This document shows positions 41,908-51,707 of a stretch of DNA of 64,000 nt, in pieces. A program made the translations under genes and the position numbers. This DNA is from an uncultured delta proteobacterium. Its GTDB lineage: Bacteria > Desulfobacterota > Binatia > HRBIN30 > BPIQ01. The notes under the pieces were generated by a model, which was not told the DNA's origin, did not search any database, and saw only the letters and a program-made list of their open reading frames with translations. Numbering within the stretch: position 1 is the stretch's first letter; each line of letters begins with the position of its first letter. The stretch is from NCBI GenBank assembly GCA_963761335.1, contig CAVXGR010000012.1, positions 320,001 through 384,000 on the forward strand, in the 5' to 3' direction.

Positions 41908-42486
41908 CTAGCGAACCGCGGAGCACGCCGGCGCCGCGGCATAGGTGGCGATCTCCGCGTCCACCTGCGGGCCTTGGTCGGGACGACCCTGCAGCAGCCA
42001 GCTGCGGTACATGCCGCGGCCGACGTCGCTGAGAGGCACGGCGAGGTGGGCGGCGTCGAAGCCCCGGATGTCGCCGGTGGCCTTGGCCGACACCCACACG
42101 TCTCCCTGGAGCACCGGCTCCGCTTGACCGGCGGCGAGCACGCACTCGACACCGCGGCTGTCGGAGCCGGCGCGCAGGCCACTGCGCCCGACCAGCGTGA
42201 AATCGCCGAGACGGACGAAAAGCTTGTCGGCAAGCTGATTGCTGGCCGTGACCCGGTAGCGGTAGCGCACCTCGGGCTCCGCCAGCCGCACGCCCTCGGC
42301 AAAGGACCGCTGCTCGTCGCTGCGGCTCCAGGTCGCGGTGACCCGGCCGACGACGGCCTCGTTGTCGAAGGGCGCCGTGAGCGGGATACCCGGCTCGCCG
42401 CGCTTGCATCCACACAGGAGCCCGAGGAGCAGGCACATGGCGATGGCGCCGCCGCGCAGGCGGCTCTCGTCCTCACGGATCATCAT
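41908..42486 (-). CDS. Hypothetical lipoprotein
   Basis: Hydrophobic stretch with lipobox LLCGC; start codon uncertain. Confidence 0.6.
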   Translation of the reverse strand: MMIREDESRLRGGAIAMCLLLGLLCGCKRGEPGIPLTAPFDNEAVVGRVTATWSRSDEQRSFAEGVRLAEPEVRYRYRVTASNQLADKLFVRLGDFTLVGRSGLRAGSDSRGVECVLAAGQAEPVLQGDVWVSAKATGDIRGFDAAHLAVPLSDVGRGMYRSWLLQGRPDQGPQVDAEIATYAAAPACSAVR

Positions 42487-42544
42487 CTTCTTCCGGCACG
42501 GGTGGGCGTTGCCAACTCGTGTCTCGCCTCCTATAGTCCCACGC

Positions 42545-43285
42545 ATGCTCGACGCCAAGAGCGAGCGCGCCGTCGCCGGGATCGCCGAGGAGCTGCGCGC
42601 GCTGTTCGGTGCCGAACTGGTCAGCGCCGCCGTCTACGGCAGCGCCGCCAACCGCGACTTCGTTCCGGGCCGATCCGACATCAACGTGATCGTGGTGCTC
42701 GACAGGTTGAGCATGGCGCCGCTGCGCGCTCTGCGCGAGCGACTGCCGCAATGGCGACAGCAGGGAATCGCCACGCCGCTCCTGGTCGACCGCGCCTTTC
42801 TGCGCGATGCGGCCGACGTCTTCCCAATGGAGTTCTACGACATCCGCCATCATCATCGCCTGCTGGCCGGCGAAGACGTCTTGGAGTCGCTGGCCATCGA
42901 CTCTCGCCATCTGCGCTACCAGTGCGAGCACGAGGTGCGCGGCAAGCTCCTTCGCCTGCACGAGATGTACCTGGAAGCCGAGGGACGTCGGGAGGCTCTG
43001 CGCGCCCTGATGCTGGATTCGGTGAAGACCTTCCTGCTGATCATGCGGCATATGAACCGCTTGCGCGGCAGCGACGGCCTGACGCAGGCGGCGGCGCTCG
43101 CCGAGTTCGAGCGCCTGTTCGGATGCGTCTTTCCGACGGTGGCGAAGCTCCTCGAGCTCGGCCGGAGCGACTGGCAGGGAGACGAGGAGGAGATCTTCGC
43201 GAGCTACTGGCAGGAGCTCCAGCAGCTCGCGGCCGTGGTCGACCATCTGCCCGATCCGGCAGCATCCGACACGCCCGGCAAGTGA
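42545..43285 (+). CDS. Nucleotidyltransferase (pol-beta fold) domain protein
   Basis: VYGSAA...SDINVIVV (GS..DxN), DVFPMEF, LRYQCEHE.RGKL. Confidence 0.8.
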   Translation: MLDAKSERAVAGIAEELRALFGAELVSAAVYGSAANRDFVPGRSDINVIVVLDRLSMAPLRALRERLPQWRQQGIATPLLVDRAFLRDAADVFPMEFYDIRHHHRLLAGEDVLESLAIDSRHLRYQCEHEVRGKLLRLHEMYLEAEGRREALRALMLDSVKTFLLIMRHMNRLRGSDGLTQAAALAEFERLFGCVFPTVAKLLELGRSDWQGDEEEIFASYWQELQQLAAVVDHLPDPAASDTPGK

Positions 43286-43295
43286 CGCGGCACCC

Positions 43296-44144
43296 ATGCT
43301 GACCGACCGCCGCACTGACCTCCCAGAAGCCATCTGCTCCGGGGACGCGAACCCGTGCCCGCCGCGCCGCCGTTGCCTGACGCGCCTCGTACTCGCGCTT
43401 CTGCTGGCGTGCGCCGGGGCGGCGGCGGCGCAGGAGCCGACCGTGCCAGCGGCTCACGCCTTCGTCAACGACTACGCGCGGGTGATCGACGCCGGCACCA
43501 GAGAGCAGCTGGAGCAGCTGATCCGCGAGCTGCGCACCAAGACGGGAGCGGAGATCGCCGTGGTCACCGTGGACTCCACCGCTCCCCTCTCCGCCTTCGA
43601 CTACGCCATGAAGATCGCCGAGGCCTGGAAGCCGGGCGCCGCGGGCAAGGACAACGGCGTCGTCTTTCTGATCGCGGTGAAAGACCGGGAGATGTACATC
43701 CTCACCGGTTACGGCGTCGAGGGCGCCCTGCCCGACGGGTTGGTGGGCGAGATCCGCGACACCCTGGTGACACCCGCATTCCGGCGCGGCGACTACTCCA
43801 GCGGCATCCGTGCCGGCACGGAGCGGCTCGCCGCCATCATCGCGCGCCAGTACGGGGTCACACTCACCGGCGTGCCCCCGCCCCCGGCGTCGCCGCCGCT
43901 ACAGGTCACCCGCGGCGAGGCCCTGATCTTCTTCTTCGTATTGATGGCGGCGGTGATGATCCTCCTGTCGATCTACGGACCCCGGTCCCGGCTCCGCGGC
44001 GGCCTCGGGCCACCGCCGTTCTTCGGGGGTCGCTTCGGCGGCGGCGGCTTCGGTGGGGGTGGCGGATTCGGCGGCGGCGGCGGTGGCTTCGGTGGCTTTG
44101 GCGGCGGCGGCTTCGGCGGCGGTGGCGCCGGCGGGCGCTGGTGA
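43296..44144 (+). CDS. TPM domain membrane protein with Gly/Phe-rich tail
   Basis: VNDYA, EIAVVTV, KDNGVVFLIA, GYGVEGALPD, TM helix, GGGFGGGGAGGRW. Confidence 0.9.
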   Translation: MLTDRRTDLPEAICSGDANPCPPRRRCLTRLVLALLLACAGAAAAQEPTVPAAHAFVNDYARVIDAGTREQLEQLIRELRTKTGAEIAVVTVDSTAPLSAFDYAMKIAEAWKPGAAGKDNGVVFLIAVKDREMYILTGYGVEGALPDGLVGEIRDTLVTPAFRRGDYSSGIRAGTERLAAIIARQYGVTLTGVPPPPASPPLQVTRGEALIFFFVLMAAVMILLSIYGPRSRLRGGLGPPPFFGGRFGGGGFGGGGGFGGGGGGFGGFGGGGFGGGGAGGRW

Positions 44145-44183
44145 TCGTCGGCGCGCGGACGCAACGAGAGGGAGGAGCGAACG

Positions 44184-44735
44184 ATGAAGCGCAGGACAGT
44201 TCGGGTGACGATGCTGGCGCTGCTGCTGGCGGTGCCGGGGTGCGGCTACAACAACATGGTGGCGATGAAGGAGCAGGTCGACGCCGCCTGGGCGCAGGTC
44301 GAGAACCAGCTGCAGCGCCGCAACGACCTGATCCCCAACCTGGTGGAGGTCACCAAAGGCTATGCGACCCACGAGCGCGAGATCTTCGAACGCGTGGCCG
44401 AGGCCCGCTCGAAGCTGATCGCCGCCGGTACGCGCGAAGGGAAGATCCAGGCGGCCGAGGAGGTGGGCTCGGCGCTGGGGCGTCTCTTGGCGATCGCCGA
44501 GCGCTATCCCGATCTGAAGGCGAACACCCAGTTCTCCCGCCTCTCCGACGAGCTCGCCGGCACCGAGAACCGCATCGCCACCGAGCGCCGCCGCTACAAC
44601 GAGGCCGTGCGCGAGTACAACTCGTACATCAAGAAGTTCCCGCAGATGCTGGTGGCGCGCTCGTTCGGGTTCAAGGAGCAAGCCTACTTCGAGGCCCCCA
44701 AGGAAGCGCAGCAGGTGCCCAAGGTGCAGTTCTGA
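44184..44735 (+). CDS. lemA: LemA family protein
   Basis: GCGYN, WAQVENQLQRR.DLIPNLV, ERYPDLKAN, ELAGTENRI..ERRRYN. Confidence 0.95.
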   Translation: MKRRTVRVTMLALLLAVPGCGYNNMVAMKEQVDAAWAQVENQLQRRNDLIPNLVEVTKGYATHEREIFERVAEARSKLIAAGTREGKIQAAEEVGSALGRLLAIAERYPDLKANTQFSRLSDELAGTENRIATERRRYNEAVREYNSYIKKFPQMLVARSFGFKEQAYFEAPKEAQQVPKVQF

Positions 44736-44760
44736 GGATGGAGATCGCAACCGCTTCGAC

Positions 44761-45100
44761 TCGGTACCGGCCGCTTTGCGCCTCTGCGGCTCTGCACCCT
44801 TGCCTTCCCTTCATTGGCGGTGGTCGGCAGAGCTCTGAAAACGCAGAGACGCCAAGACGCAGAGATGTCTCGAATGACTTCGCTTGGGCGCGGGGAAACC
44901 CGCAGCTCCTTCATGACGTCTCCATGCGAAGGGTCTGTCTGCGTCGATCGAGGGCGCGCCTTGTCGCTGCCCTTGAGAGTCGGCACCGGCCGCTTTGCGC
45001 CTCTGCGGCTCTGCACCCTTGCCTTCCCTTCATTGGCGGTGGTCGGCAGAGCTCTGAAAACGCAGAGACGCGAGGACGCAAAGATGTCTCGAATGACTTC
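44761..45100. repeat. Two near-identical 121 bp direct repeats (44761-44881, 44980-45100)
   Basis: Only a few mismatches between copies; each has an internal inverted repeat ctttgcgcctctgcggctctgc / gcagagacgc..gacgca.ag; 98 bp spacer. Confidence 0.9.
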
Positions 45101-45146
45101 CTCGGGGCGCTGCGGTGATCACGGCCCGCGGTCGATCGCACATTCC

Positions 45147-45644
45147 ATGACGCCGGCGCAGAAGCGATTCGTCCTGATCGAGCAGGGCGTGGGCTCGGTG
45201 GTCGTCAACCTGATATTGAACGCGCTGATCGCTTACCTGATGTTCCACGGCGCCGCCGTGGTTCCGCTCTGGGGGCAGCAGAGCATCGCCGGGGACACCA
45301 TCGGCACGACCTTTCTCCTGCCGCTGTTCACCACCCTGATCGTCACCCGCCTGGCGCGCGGCCAGGTGGATGCGGGCCGGGTGTCGCCGGTGCTGGGCGC
45401 ACCGCTGGGGCTCCGCTGGATGCCGGCCCGCTCTCTGTGGCGCGGGGTGGCCCTCGGCGGCGTCACCGCCGCCGCGGTTGCCCCGCCGATGATTGCCGCC
45501 CTCTGGCTCCTCGGCGTCAGCGAGCAGTCCTTTTGGAGCTTCGTCGCCTTCAAGGCGATCTTCGCCGCCGCCCTCGGCGCTCTGATCACGCCGCTGGTGG
45601 CGCTCTGGGCGATCGCCTCCCCGGCGCCGGAAGCTCTTTCGTAA
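45147..45644 (+). CDS. Hypothetical membrane protein (about 4 TM)
   Basis: Four hydrophobic segments; the upstream extension of the ORF is repeat-derived. Confidence 0.7.
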   Translation: MTPAQKRFVLIEQGVGSVVVNLILNALIAYLMFHGAAVVPLWGQQSIAGDTIGTTFLLPLFTTLIVTRLARGQVDAGRVSPVLGAPLGLRWMPARSLWRGVALGGVTAAAVAPPMIAALWLLGVSEQSFWSFVAFKAIFAAALGALITPLVALWAIASPAPEALS

Positions 45645-45690
45645 AGGAGCCGATTCCAGGCACCACCGGGAGGAATGAGGTGGCTCGCCC

Positions 45691-46656
45691 TCAGCGGCGC
45701 GGGGGCGGCGGTGGAGCCCACTGGGAATCGAAGTTCCTCTTGATCACGCTCTCGGGAACTCCCGCCAGGTACATGTAATAGAGGTGTTGGTGCTGCTGGC
45801 TGATCTCCCGCTCCCAGGTAAACGACCCCGTCTCGGAGTAAAGTCGTCCTTCGTATCTGACTGGATTGCCGGTCACCGAGTACGCGCCGCCCGCGAGCTC
45901 CAGCATCACGTCGACGGCAATCTTGATGTACCAGGGGCACGACGGCCCGGGCGCCGCGTACTGCTCCTTGATCAGCTTTAGGCCCCAGAAGGCCATCGGA
46001 ATCACGTCGAAGCGGTTGATCCAGCGCGACGGCTGCTTGGGAAACGCATCCGTGAACCACTGCGCGAAGGCCGCGTTCCCGGTGAACTGCCCGGCCAACG
46101 GAAAGGGGCGCACGACGCGGAGCGGAAACAGGCTCCTCACCCTCAGGGCGATCAGTGGCGCACGCGCACCGGCGAGGCTGTGACCGATGACGTCGAGGTG
46201 GATCGCGGGGTCGAGCGTCCGAATGAACTCGAAGAGCGTCTGGCCGGAGGGCGTCGTCGCCTGCATCAGTCCCATGTAGGCGTCGGCGAAGCCGCGGGCG
46301 ATGAACGCTCCCTTCGGTACCGGCGTATCGACCCAGGGGACGGGTACCGGAATGGGGTCGAAATCCAGGATCAGGCTTTCCGGCTTCTTCATCTGCGTCC
46401 CGCGGATCACGATCGCCGCAGTTGGCGTCCCCGCCGCGTTCGGACCGAGGGCGACGTACCAGAGGTTGGTATCGCACTTCCACGGACCCCAGACGATCTG
46501 CCACTTTCCCTCGGTCGGCAGATCGGGCGCCTGGAGAGCGGTGCGCATCGCCTCCTGCTGGCACTCGATCGGCTCGCCTTCGGCGAGATAGCCGATACTG
46601 GCGAAGGTGAAGGCGACTTGCACGTCTCTCTCGGTGATCTGGTCGGCAATTGACAT
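45691..46656 (-). CDS. Class 3 lipase family protein
   Basis: WQIVWGP, IVIRGT, GHSLAG nucleophile elbow, NRFDVIP, C-terminal QH; AGGAGG RBS. Confidence 0.82.
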   Translation of the reverse strand: MSIADQITERDVQVAFTFASIGYLAEGEPIECQQEAMRTALQAPDLPTEGKWQIVWGPWKCDTNLWYVALGPNAAGTPTAAIVIRGTQMKKPESLILDFDPIPVPVPWVDTPVPKGAFIARGFADAYMGLMQATTPSGQTLFEFIRTLDPAIHLDVIGHSLAGARAPLIALRVRSLFPLRVVRPFPLAGQFTGNAAFAQWFTDAFPKQPSRWINRFDVIPMAFWGLKLIKEQYAAPGPSCPWYIKIAVDVMLELAGGAYSVTGNPVRYEGRLYSETGSFTWEREISQQHQHLYYMYLAGVPESVIKRNFDSQWAPPPPPRR

Positions 46657-46696
46657 GGCAATTCCTCCTGTCCGTCGGCGCCGCGCCGCGAGCGGG

Positions 46697-49600
46697 TCAC
46701 GGGCCGGCGCCAACGCCCAACTCGTCGAGCAGCGCCTTCGCCTCGAGCAGTGCGCGCGTGTCGAAGCCTTCGGTGAACCAGCCGTGGACCGGACCGAGGA
46801 GGTCTCGCGCCGCCTCACGCCTGTCCTCGGCGCAGAGCAGCCGGGCCAGGCCGGTGGCCGCGCGCAGCTCGAAGATCTTCGCCTCCTGGCCGCGGGCGAT
46901 CTCGACAGCGCGGCGCAGGCACTCCTCGGCAGCTCTCCGGCTCGCGGGAGTGGAATCTCCGCCGTCGGCGAGGAGGACCTCCGCTTTCAGGACACATAGC
47001 CGCGCGTCGTAGAACGTCTGAGAGGTCGCCGCCGCCGTGGCCAGACCCACATCGATCGTCGCCAGGGCGTCGGCGGACAACCCGCACCGGCGATAGGCAT
47101 CCGCCAGCATCCAGAAGACGGCCGGTGCCATCGCCTGCGTCCCCGTGGCCGCTGCCAGCGCCGACCCTTCGAGCAGCAGAGCCGGATCGGCGACCGCGTA
47201 GCCGAACATCATCTTCCCGAGGGCCTGCCACAGAGGGAACCCCTGCATCTCGCTGAAGCGCAGCACCTGCGCGGCCTGCTCCTCGAGGACGTCGTCGCCG
47301 CGCTCCATGTGAAGGGCGACCTGCCACATGCGGGCCTGCGCAATGCTGAACGAATGATCGAGCGCGACCGCCAGACGGATCGCCTCCTCGCGGCGAGCTA
47401 GGGCGCGGTCGGGATAGCGAAGCTGGAAGAGAGCCCAGGCCGAGGTAGAGCGCGCCGAGACACCGGCGTCGTCGCCCACCAAGGCGACGAGAGCGTCGTG
47501 ATGGCGTTCGGAATCGTAGAGCGCGATGGCGCGATCAGCGAACTCGAGCGCGGCGCGGAACCGTCCCTGAAAGTAAGAGACGGAGGTCTTCTCGCTGTAG
47601 GCGGCGATCATCTGCACGGCATCGCCGGTGCTCTCCGCCACGGCGAGCCCCTCGTCCATCAGCTCAGCGGCGCGTTCGAGCTGTGCGGCGGTGTAATGGA
47701 CGAGCGCCAGCCCCAGCAGCGGAGCGCAGTAGCCCCGACGGTCACCGGCCGCGAGCGACAGGGCGCGCGTCCGCTCCCAGGCCGCCGCGGTTTCTGGATG
47801 CGCGTAGCCACGCGCCGCGATCGACTCGGCGGCGAGAGCGCGCTGCAGCCCCGCCTCGCGCCGGTCGCGCGCCACACCGGCCGGCGAGGTCGCCAGGACG
47901 GAAAGCGCCCGGCGCAGCTGCAGGAGCGCCTCTTCGTGCGCCGAGCGCGCCGCCGCCTGCTCGGCGGCGCGCTCGTAGAGGGCGACCGCCTCATCGCCCA
48001 GGTTGGCGGCCTCGGCATGGCGCGCCACCATCTCCGGCTGCGCCTCGACCCGCTGCGGGAAGTGCTCCCGCAGCACGTGAACAATGCGCGCGTGCAGGCC
48101 GCGGCGCGTTCTCTTGAGCATTGAATGGTAAGCGGCCTCTTGCAGGAGGACGTGCATGAAGACGAACGTCGAAGGCGCCTGAGCGTGCGCATGAATCAGG
48201 CCGGCGTCGGTCAGCCGGACGAGAGCGGCGCGGAGATCCTCGTCGCGGATGCCCGGCACGGACCCGCGGTCTGCCACCAGCTGCAACACCTCCAAGGAGA
48301 ACTCGCGCCCGATCACCGCGGCCATCTGCGCGATCTGCTTTGCGCGTCCGAGTCGGTCGAGGCGTGCCATCAGCGAGCTTTGCGAGGCCGCGGTGATCCG
48401 AGGCCGTCGCGCCCGTTCGCGTCGGGCAACGGCAGGAAACTTCTGACTCGAGCACGAATCGCGTCAGGCAATCGAATCGTACAACGCATTGGTCACGCGC
48501 GACGGTGTGCCTATGAGCGGGACCAGTGGCGGGCGATTTGCTCGCGCAATTCGATCTCTTCCGCTTGCCGCGCAACAAGCGCTACCCCTTCAGTTGATCA
48601 TGCGGCAGGGCGGGCCACGCAGGCGAATCATCCGGCCGATAGGTGAGCAGGGTCAGGATCCGCGCCGTGGCGCTGCGCTCGACGACTCTCCGCAGAAGCT
48701 CCAGGCTCGACGGATCACCCCAGTGCAGATCCTCGACGAGGAGAACGAGGGGCTGTCGCTCGCTCAGCGCCACGAGCCAATCCACCAGGGTGTCGAAGGT
48801 TCGCCGCCGGCGCGCTTCGGGACTGAGGCCGGCAAGGGCGGCAGCGCGCGCCGGCGCCAGGGACAGGAAGGACGCCAGCAGCGCCAGGCGGACCTGTTGC
48901 GCGATGCTGGCGAGGCCGAGCGCCTGGTCGAGCGCTCGCAGTCACCGGGTGGTCGGCCGCCCGGCTGAAGGGCAAGCCCTGCTCACCAAGTCGACTGAAT
49001 CGGGTGGAGGGCGCTGTCGTGCAGGTCCAGGGAACAATGTTCCCTCGAGCCAGCGGTGCGGCTCCGAGGCGAGGTGCTCGCGCAGGACGTGCACCAGCCG
49101 CGACTTGCCGATGCCCGCCTCGCCGGTGAGCAGCACCACCTGCCCCGCGCCGTCGCGGGCCTGCGCCCAGCTTTCAAGCAGAAGGCGGCGCTCCGTGCCC
49201 CGCTCAACCAGCGGCGTGAACCCGCGTTGGCCGCGCGCCTCGAGCCGGCTGCGCGCCGCGCTGGCGCGCACCACCCGATAGAGCGCCATCGGCTCCTGGA
49301 GCCCTTTCAGCGTGTGGGTGCCCGCCGCCTCGACGACGAACCAGCCCTCCACCAGGCGCTGCGTCGCGGCGCTCATGGGTACGGCACGGGTGCCGCCGCA
49401 GCCTGCACACACGCCGCCACGTTGAGTGTCTCGCCGAGCGCCAGCGATTCCTGCTGTTCACAGGCATTTGAGGCCTCTGACGACGCACGGCCCGTTGTGG
49501 AGGCCGAGCTGAACGGCGAGCCCGCGGCACGAGCTCCTCGACGGCACGGACGACGTGGAGAGCCCATGACTGCCTGATCGGCGGATCCTCGTGCGCCTCG

Positions 49601-50054
49601 GGGTAGCCGAAGAGGACCAGGAGCCAGTCGCCCAGCAGCTGCGCCACGTGACCGCCGAAGCGGGTAACCACCCGCGTCGCCGCCTCGTGGTAAGCGCGGA
49701 TCGCCTCGGCGAAGTCCTCGCTGTCGAGCCGGGTGGAGAGCTCCGTGGAGCCGACGAGATCGCAGAACAGGACGGTGAGCTCGCGGCGCTCGCTGTCGCC
49801 CGACCCCGGGGACCGGCGGTCCGCCGCCGCTGGGGGCGAATCACTCGCCAGCGCCCCGTCCGATCGAATCCCTCCGATCGCCACCAGCACGTCTCCGTCC
49901 TGCGCGGCGACGTGCTGGACCTCGACCAACTCCTCGACCAGCGCCTCCAGCGCCTCGTCGTCGAGATCGAACTCACGTCGCAGGGCGCGAAGCGAGATCC
50001 GGCGTTGCTCCTGCAGATGGTCGCGGGCCCGGCGCACAGTATCGAGGAAGCCCA
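46697..50054 (-). pseudogene. Class III nucleotide cyclase - AAA/STAND ATPase - TPR protein, frameshifted in its middle (pseudogene or sequence errors)
   Basis: ERRELTVLFCDLVGST, LGD..FGYP.AHED, ALGETLNVAA, Walker A GEAGIGKSRL, Walker B VEDLHWGDPSS, LMARLDRLG, intact TPR half 46697-48370; motifs lie in different frames; 5' end approximate. Confidence 0.85.
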
Positions 50055-50085
50055 GGCGCCCGACCCAGGGACCTGCGGGAGATCG

Positions 50086-51009
50086 CTATGCCGAGGCAGC
50101 GCCGCGACGCTGCGTGTGGGTGCCGGTGTGCTCGCGAACGAATTCGCCGATGCGCTCGATCGCCTGCTGGCCCTCGGGCAGCATGACGGCGAATGCCTGC
50201 CAGACGTGGATCATATCGTCCCAGGGCTCGAGCGTGACCTGCACGCCGGCGGCGGTGGCGCGCTTCGCGAGGCGTGTCGAATCGTCGAGCAGCGTCTCGC
50301 CCGTGCCCACTTGGATCAACAGCGGCGGCAGTCCGCTGAGATCGGCGTGAAGCGGTGCCGCCAATGGCGTTGTCGGCGGCAGCCCGCTGAGATAGAGGGC
50401 CGCCATCTTCAGAAGCCCGTCGCGCTGCACCATCGGGTCGACTGACGCCTTGGTGGTCATCGATTCTCCGAGACCCTCCAGATCCACCCACGGAGACAGG
50501 CACACTCCGGCTGCCGGCAGGGCCTCGCCCGCGTCGCGCAGTGCCACCAGCGCGGCGACGGTGAGACCGCCGCCGGCAGAGTCGCCGGCCACGGCGATTC
50601 GCGACGGATCGGCGCCGCCACGCAGCAGCCAGCGATACGCCGCGCTGGCATCCTCGACCGCCGCCGGGTGCGGATGCTCCGGGGCCAGTCGATAATCGAT
50701 GAGGAGCACGCGGGCTCCGGCGGCACGCGACAGCCGCGAGGCGAGATCCCGATGCGTATTGATCGAGCCGAGGACGTAGCCACCGCCGTGCAGGTAGAGA
50801 ACGACGCGTTCGGCATCGGCCCCGGGAGCGACCACCCATTCGGCGGGAACACCGCCAGAGTCGATCTTCTCGCAGCACACGTCGGGCGACGGCGGCATCA
50901 GCGTCGTCATCGCCTCCAGACCGGCGCGCAGATCCTCGACGCTCGAGTTCTGGTCCACCGGACGCGAGCGCAGCATGTTGACGATCATCTCCAGTGCGGC
51001 GTTGGCCAT
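50086..51009 (-). CDS. Hormone-sensitive-lipase family esterase (alpha/beta hydrolase_3)
   Basis: LHGGGY, DYRLAPEHP, GDSAGGGL, MIHVW. Confidence 0.93.
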   Translation of the reverse strand: MANAALEMIVNMLRSRPVDQNSSVEDLRAGLEAMTTLMPPSPDVCCEKIDSGGVPAEWVVAPGADAERVVLYLHGGGYVLGSINTHRDLASRLSRAAGARVLLIDYRLAPEHPHPAAVEDASAAYRWLLRGGADPSRIAVAGDSAGGGLTVAALVALRDAGEALPAAGVCLSPWVDLEGLGESMTTKASVDPMVQRDGLLKMAALYLSGLPPTTPLAAPLHADLSGLPPLLIQVGTGETLLDDSTRLAKRATAAGVQVTLEPWDDMIHVWQAFAVMLPEGQQAIERIGEFVREHTGTHTQRRGAASA

Positions 51010-51103
51010 GCGGTCGTCCTCCTTGTTCGCTCTCCTCTGATCACAGGGAATGGAGACTGGTCAAACGCCGCGGGGAAGCCGCGGTTGAGGCCCTCCAGTC
51101 AAC

Positions 51104-51694
51104 CTATCGGCTGCCGCGGTGCAGGGCCTCCTCGACGAAGTCGAGCCGGTCGTTCCCCCAGAACATCTCCTCGCCGATGAAGAAGGTCGGCGCACCGAAG
51201 GCGCCACGCTCGACCGCCTCGTCGCTATTGCGACGCAGCGCGTCCTTCACCTCCGCCTGCTTCGAGCGCGCCAGGATGGCGGCGCCGTCGAGCCCCACCG
51301 CATCGATCGCGCCGCGCAGGACCTCCTCGTCCGCCAGGTTTTTCCCCTCCACCCAGACGCCGCTGAACATGGCTCGGTGAAAGTCGCCGAAGCGTTGGTC
51401 GCCGATTGCGGCGACGGCGGCGCGCATGGCGTGCAGGGTGTTCACCGGAAAATGCGGGTTCGGGTTCAACGGCACGCGATACCGCTCCACCCAGCGCCGG
51501 ATGTCGGTCATCATGTAGGCGCCCTTGTTGGGACTGTTGATCGGCGGAGTGATCTTCGCCGCCTGCATGACGCCCGCGAGAAAGAAAGGCCGATAGACGA
51601 TCTCGGCGCCGCTGCGCTCGGCCAGGGCGCGCAGCTGCGTATCCGCCAGGTAGGCGAACGGGCTCACGTAATCGAAGAAGTACTCGACGCGCAT
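51104..51694 (-). CDS. 2-hydroxychromene-2-carboxylate isomerase / kappa-GST (DsbA-like) protein
   Basis: FFDYVSPFAYL, NPHFPVNT, GAFGAPTFF, FWGNDRLDF. Confidence 0.9.
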   Translation of the reverse strand: MRVEYFFDYVSPFAYLADTQLRALAERSGAEIVYRPFFLAGVMQAAKITPPINSPNKGAYMMTDIRRWVERYRVPLNPNPHFPVNTLHAMRAAVAAIGDQRFGDFHRAMFSGVWVEGKNLADEEVLRGAIDAVGLDGAAILARSKQAEVKDALRRNSDEAVERGAFGAPTFFIGEEMFWGNDRLDFVEEALHRGSR

Positions 51695-51707
51695 TACGGT
51701 TCTCCTC

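Noticed and set aside
44761..45100. Possible CRISPR array
   Set aside because: Only two units of 121 bp with a 98 bp spacer, and no cas genes
48375..48590. Possible foreign insertion in the cyclase gene
   Set aside because: Residual homologous peptides (LTRFVLES) show degraded gene sequence; no terminal repeats
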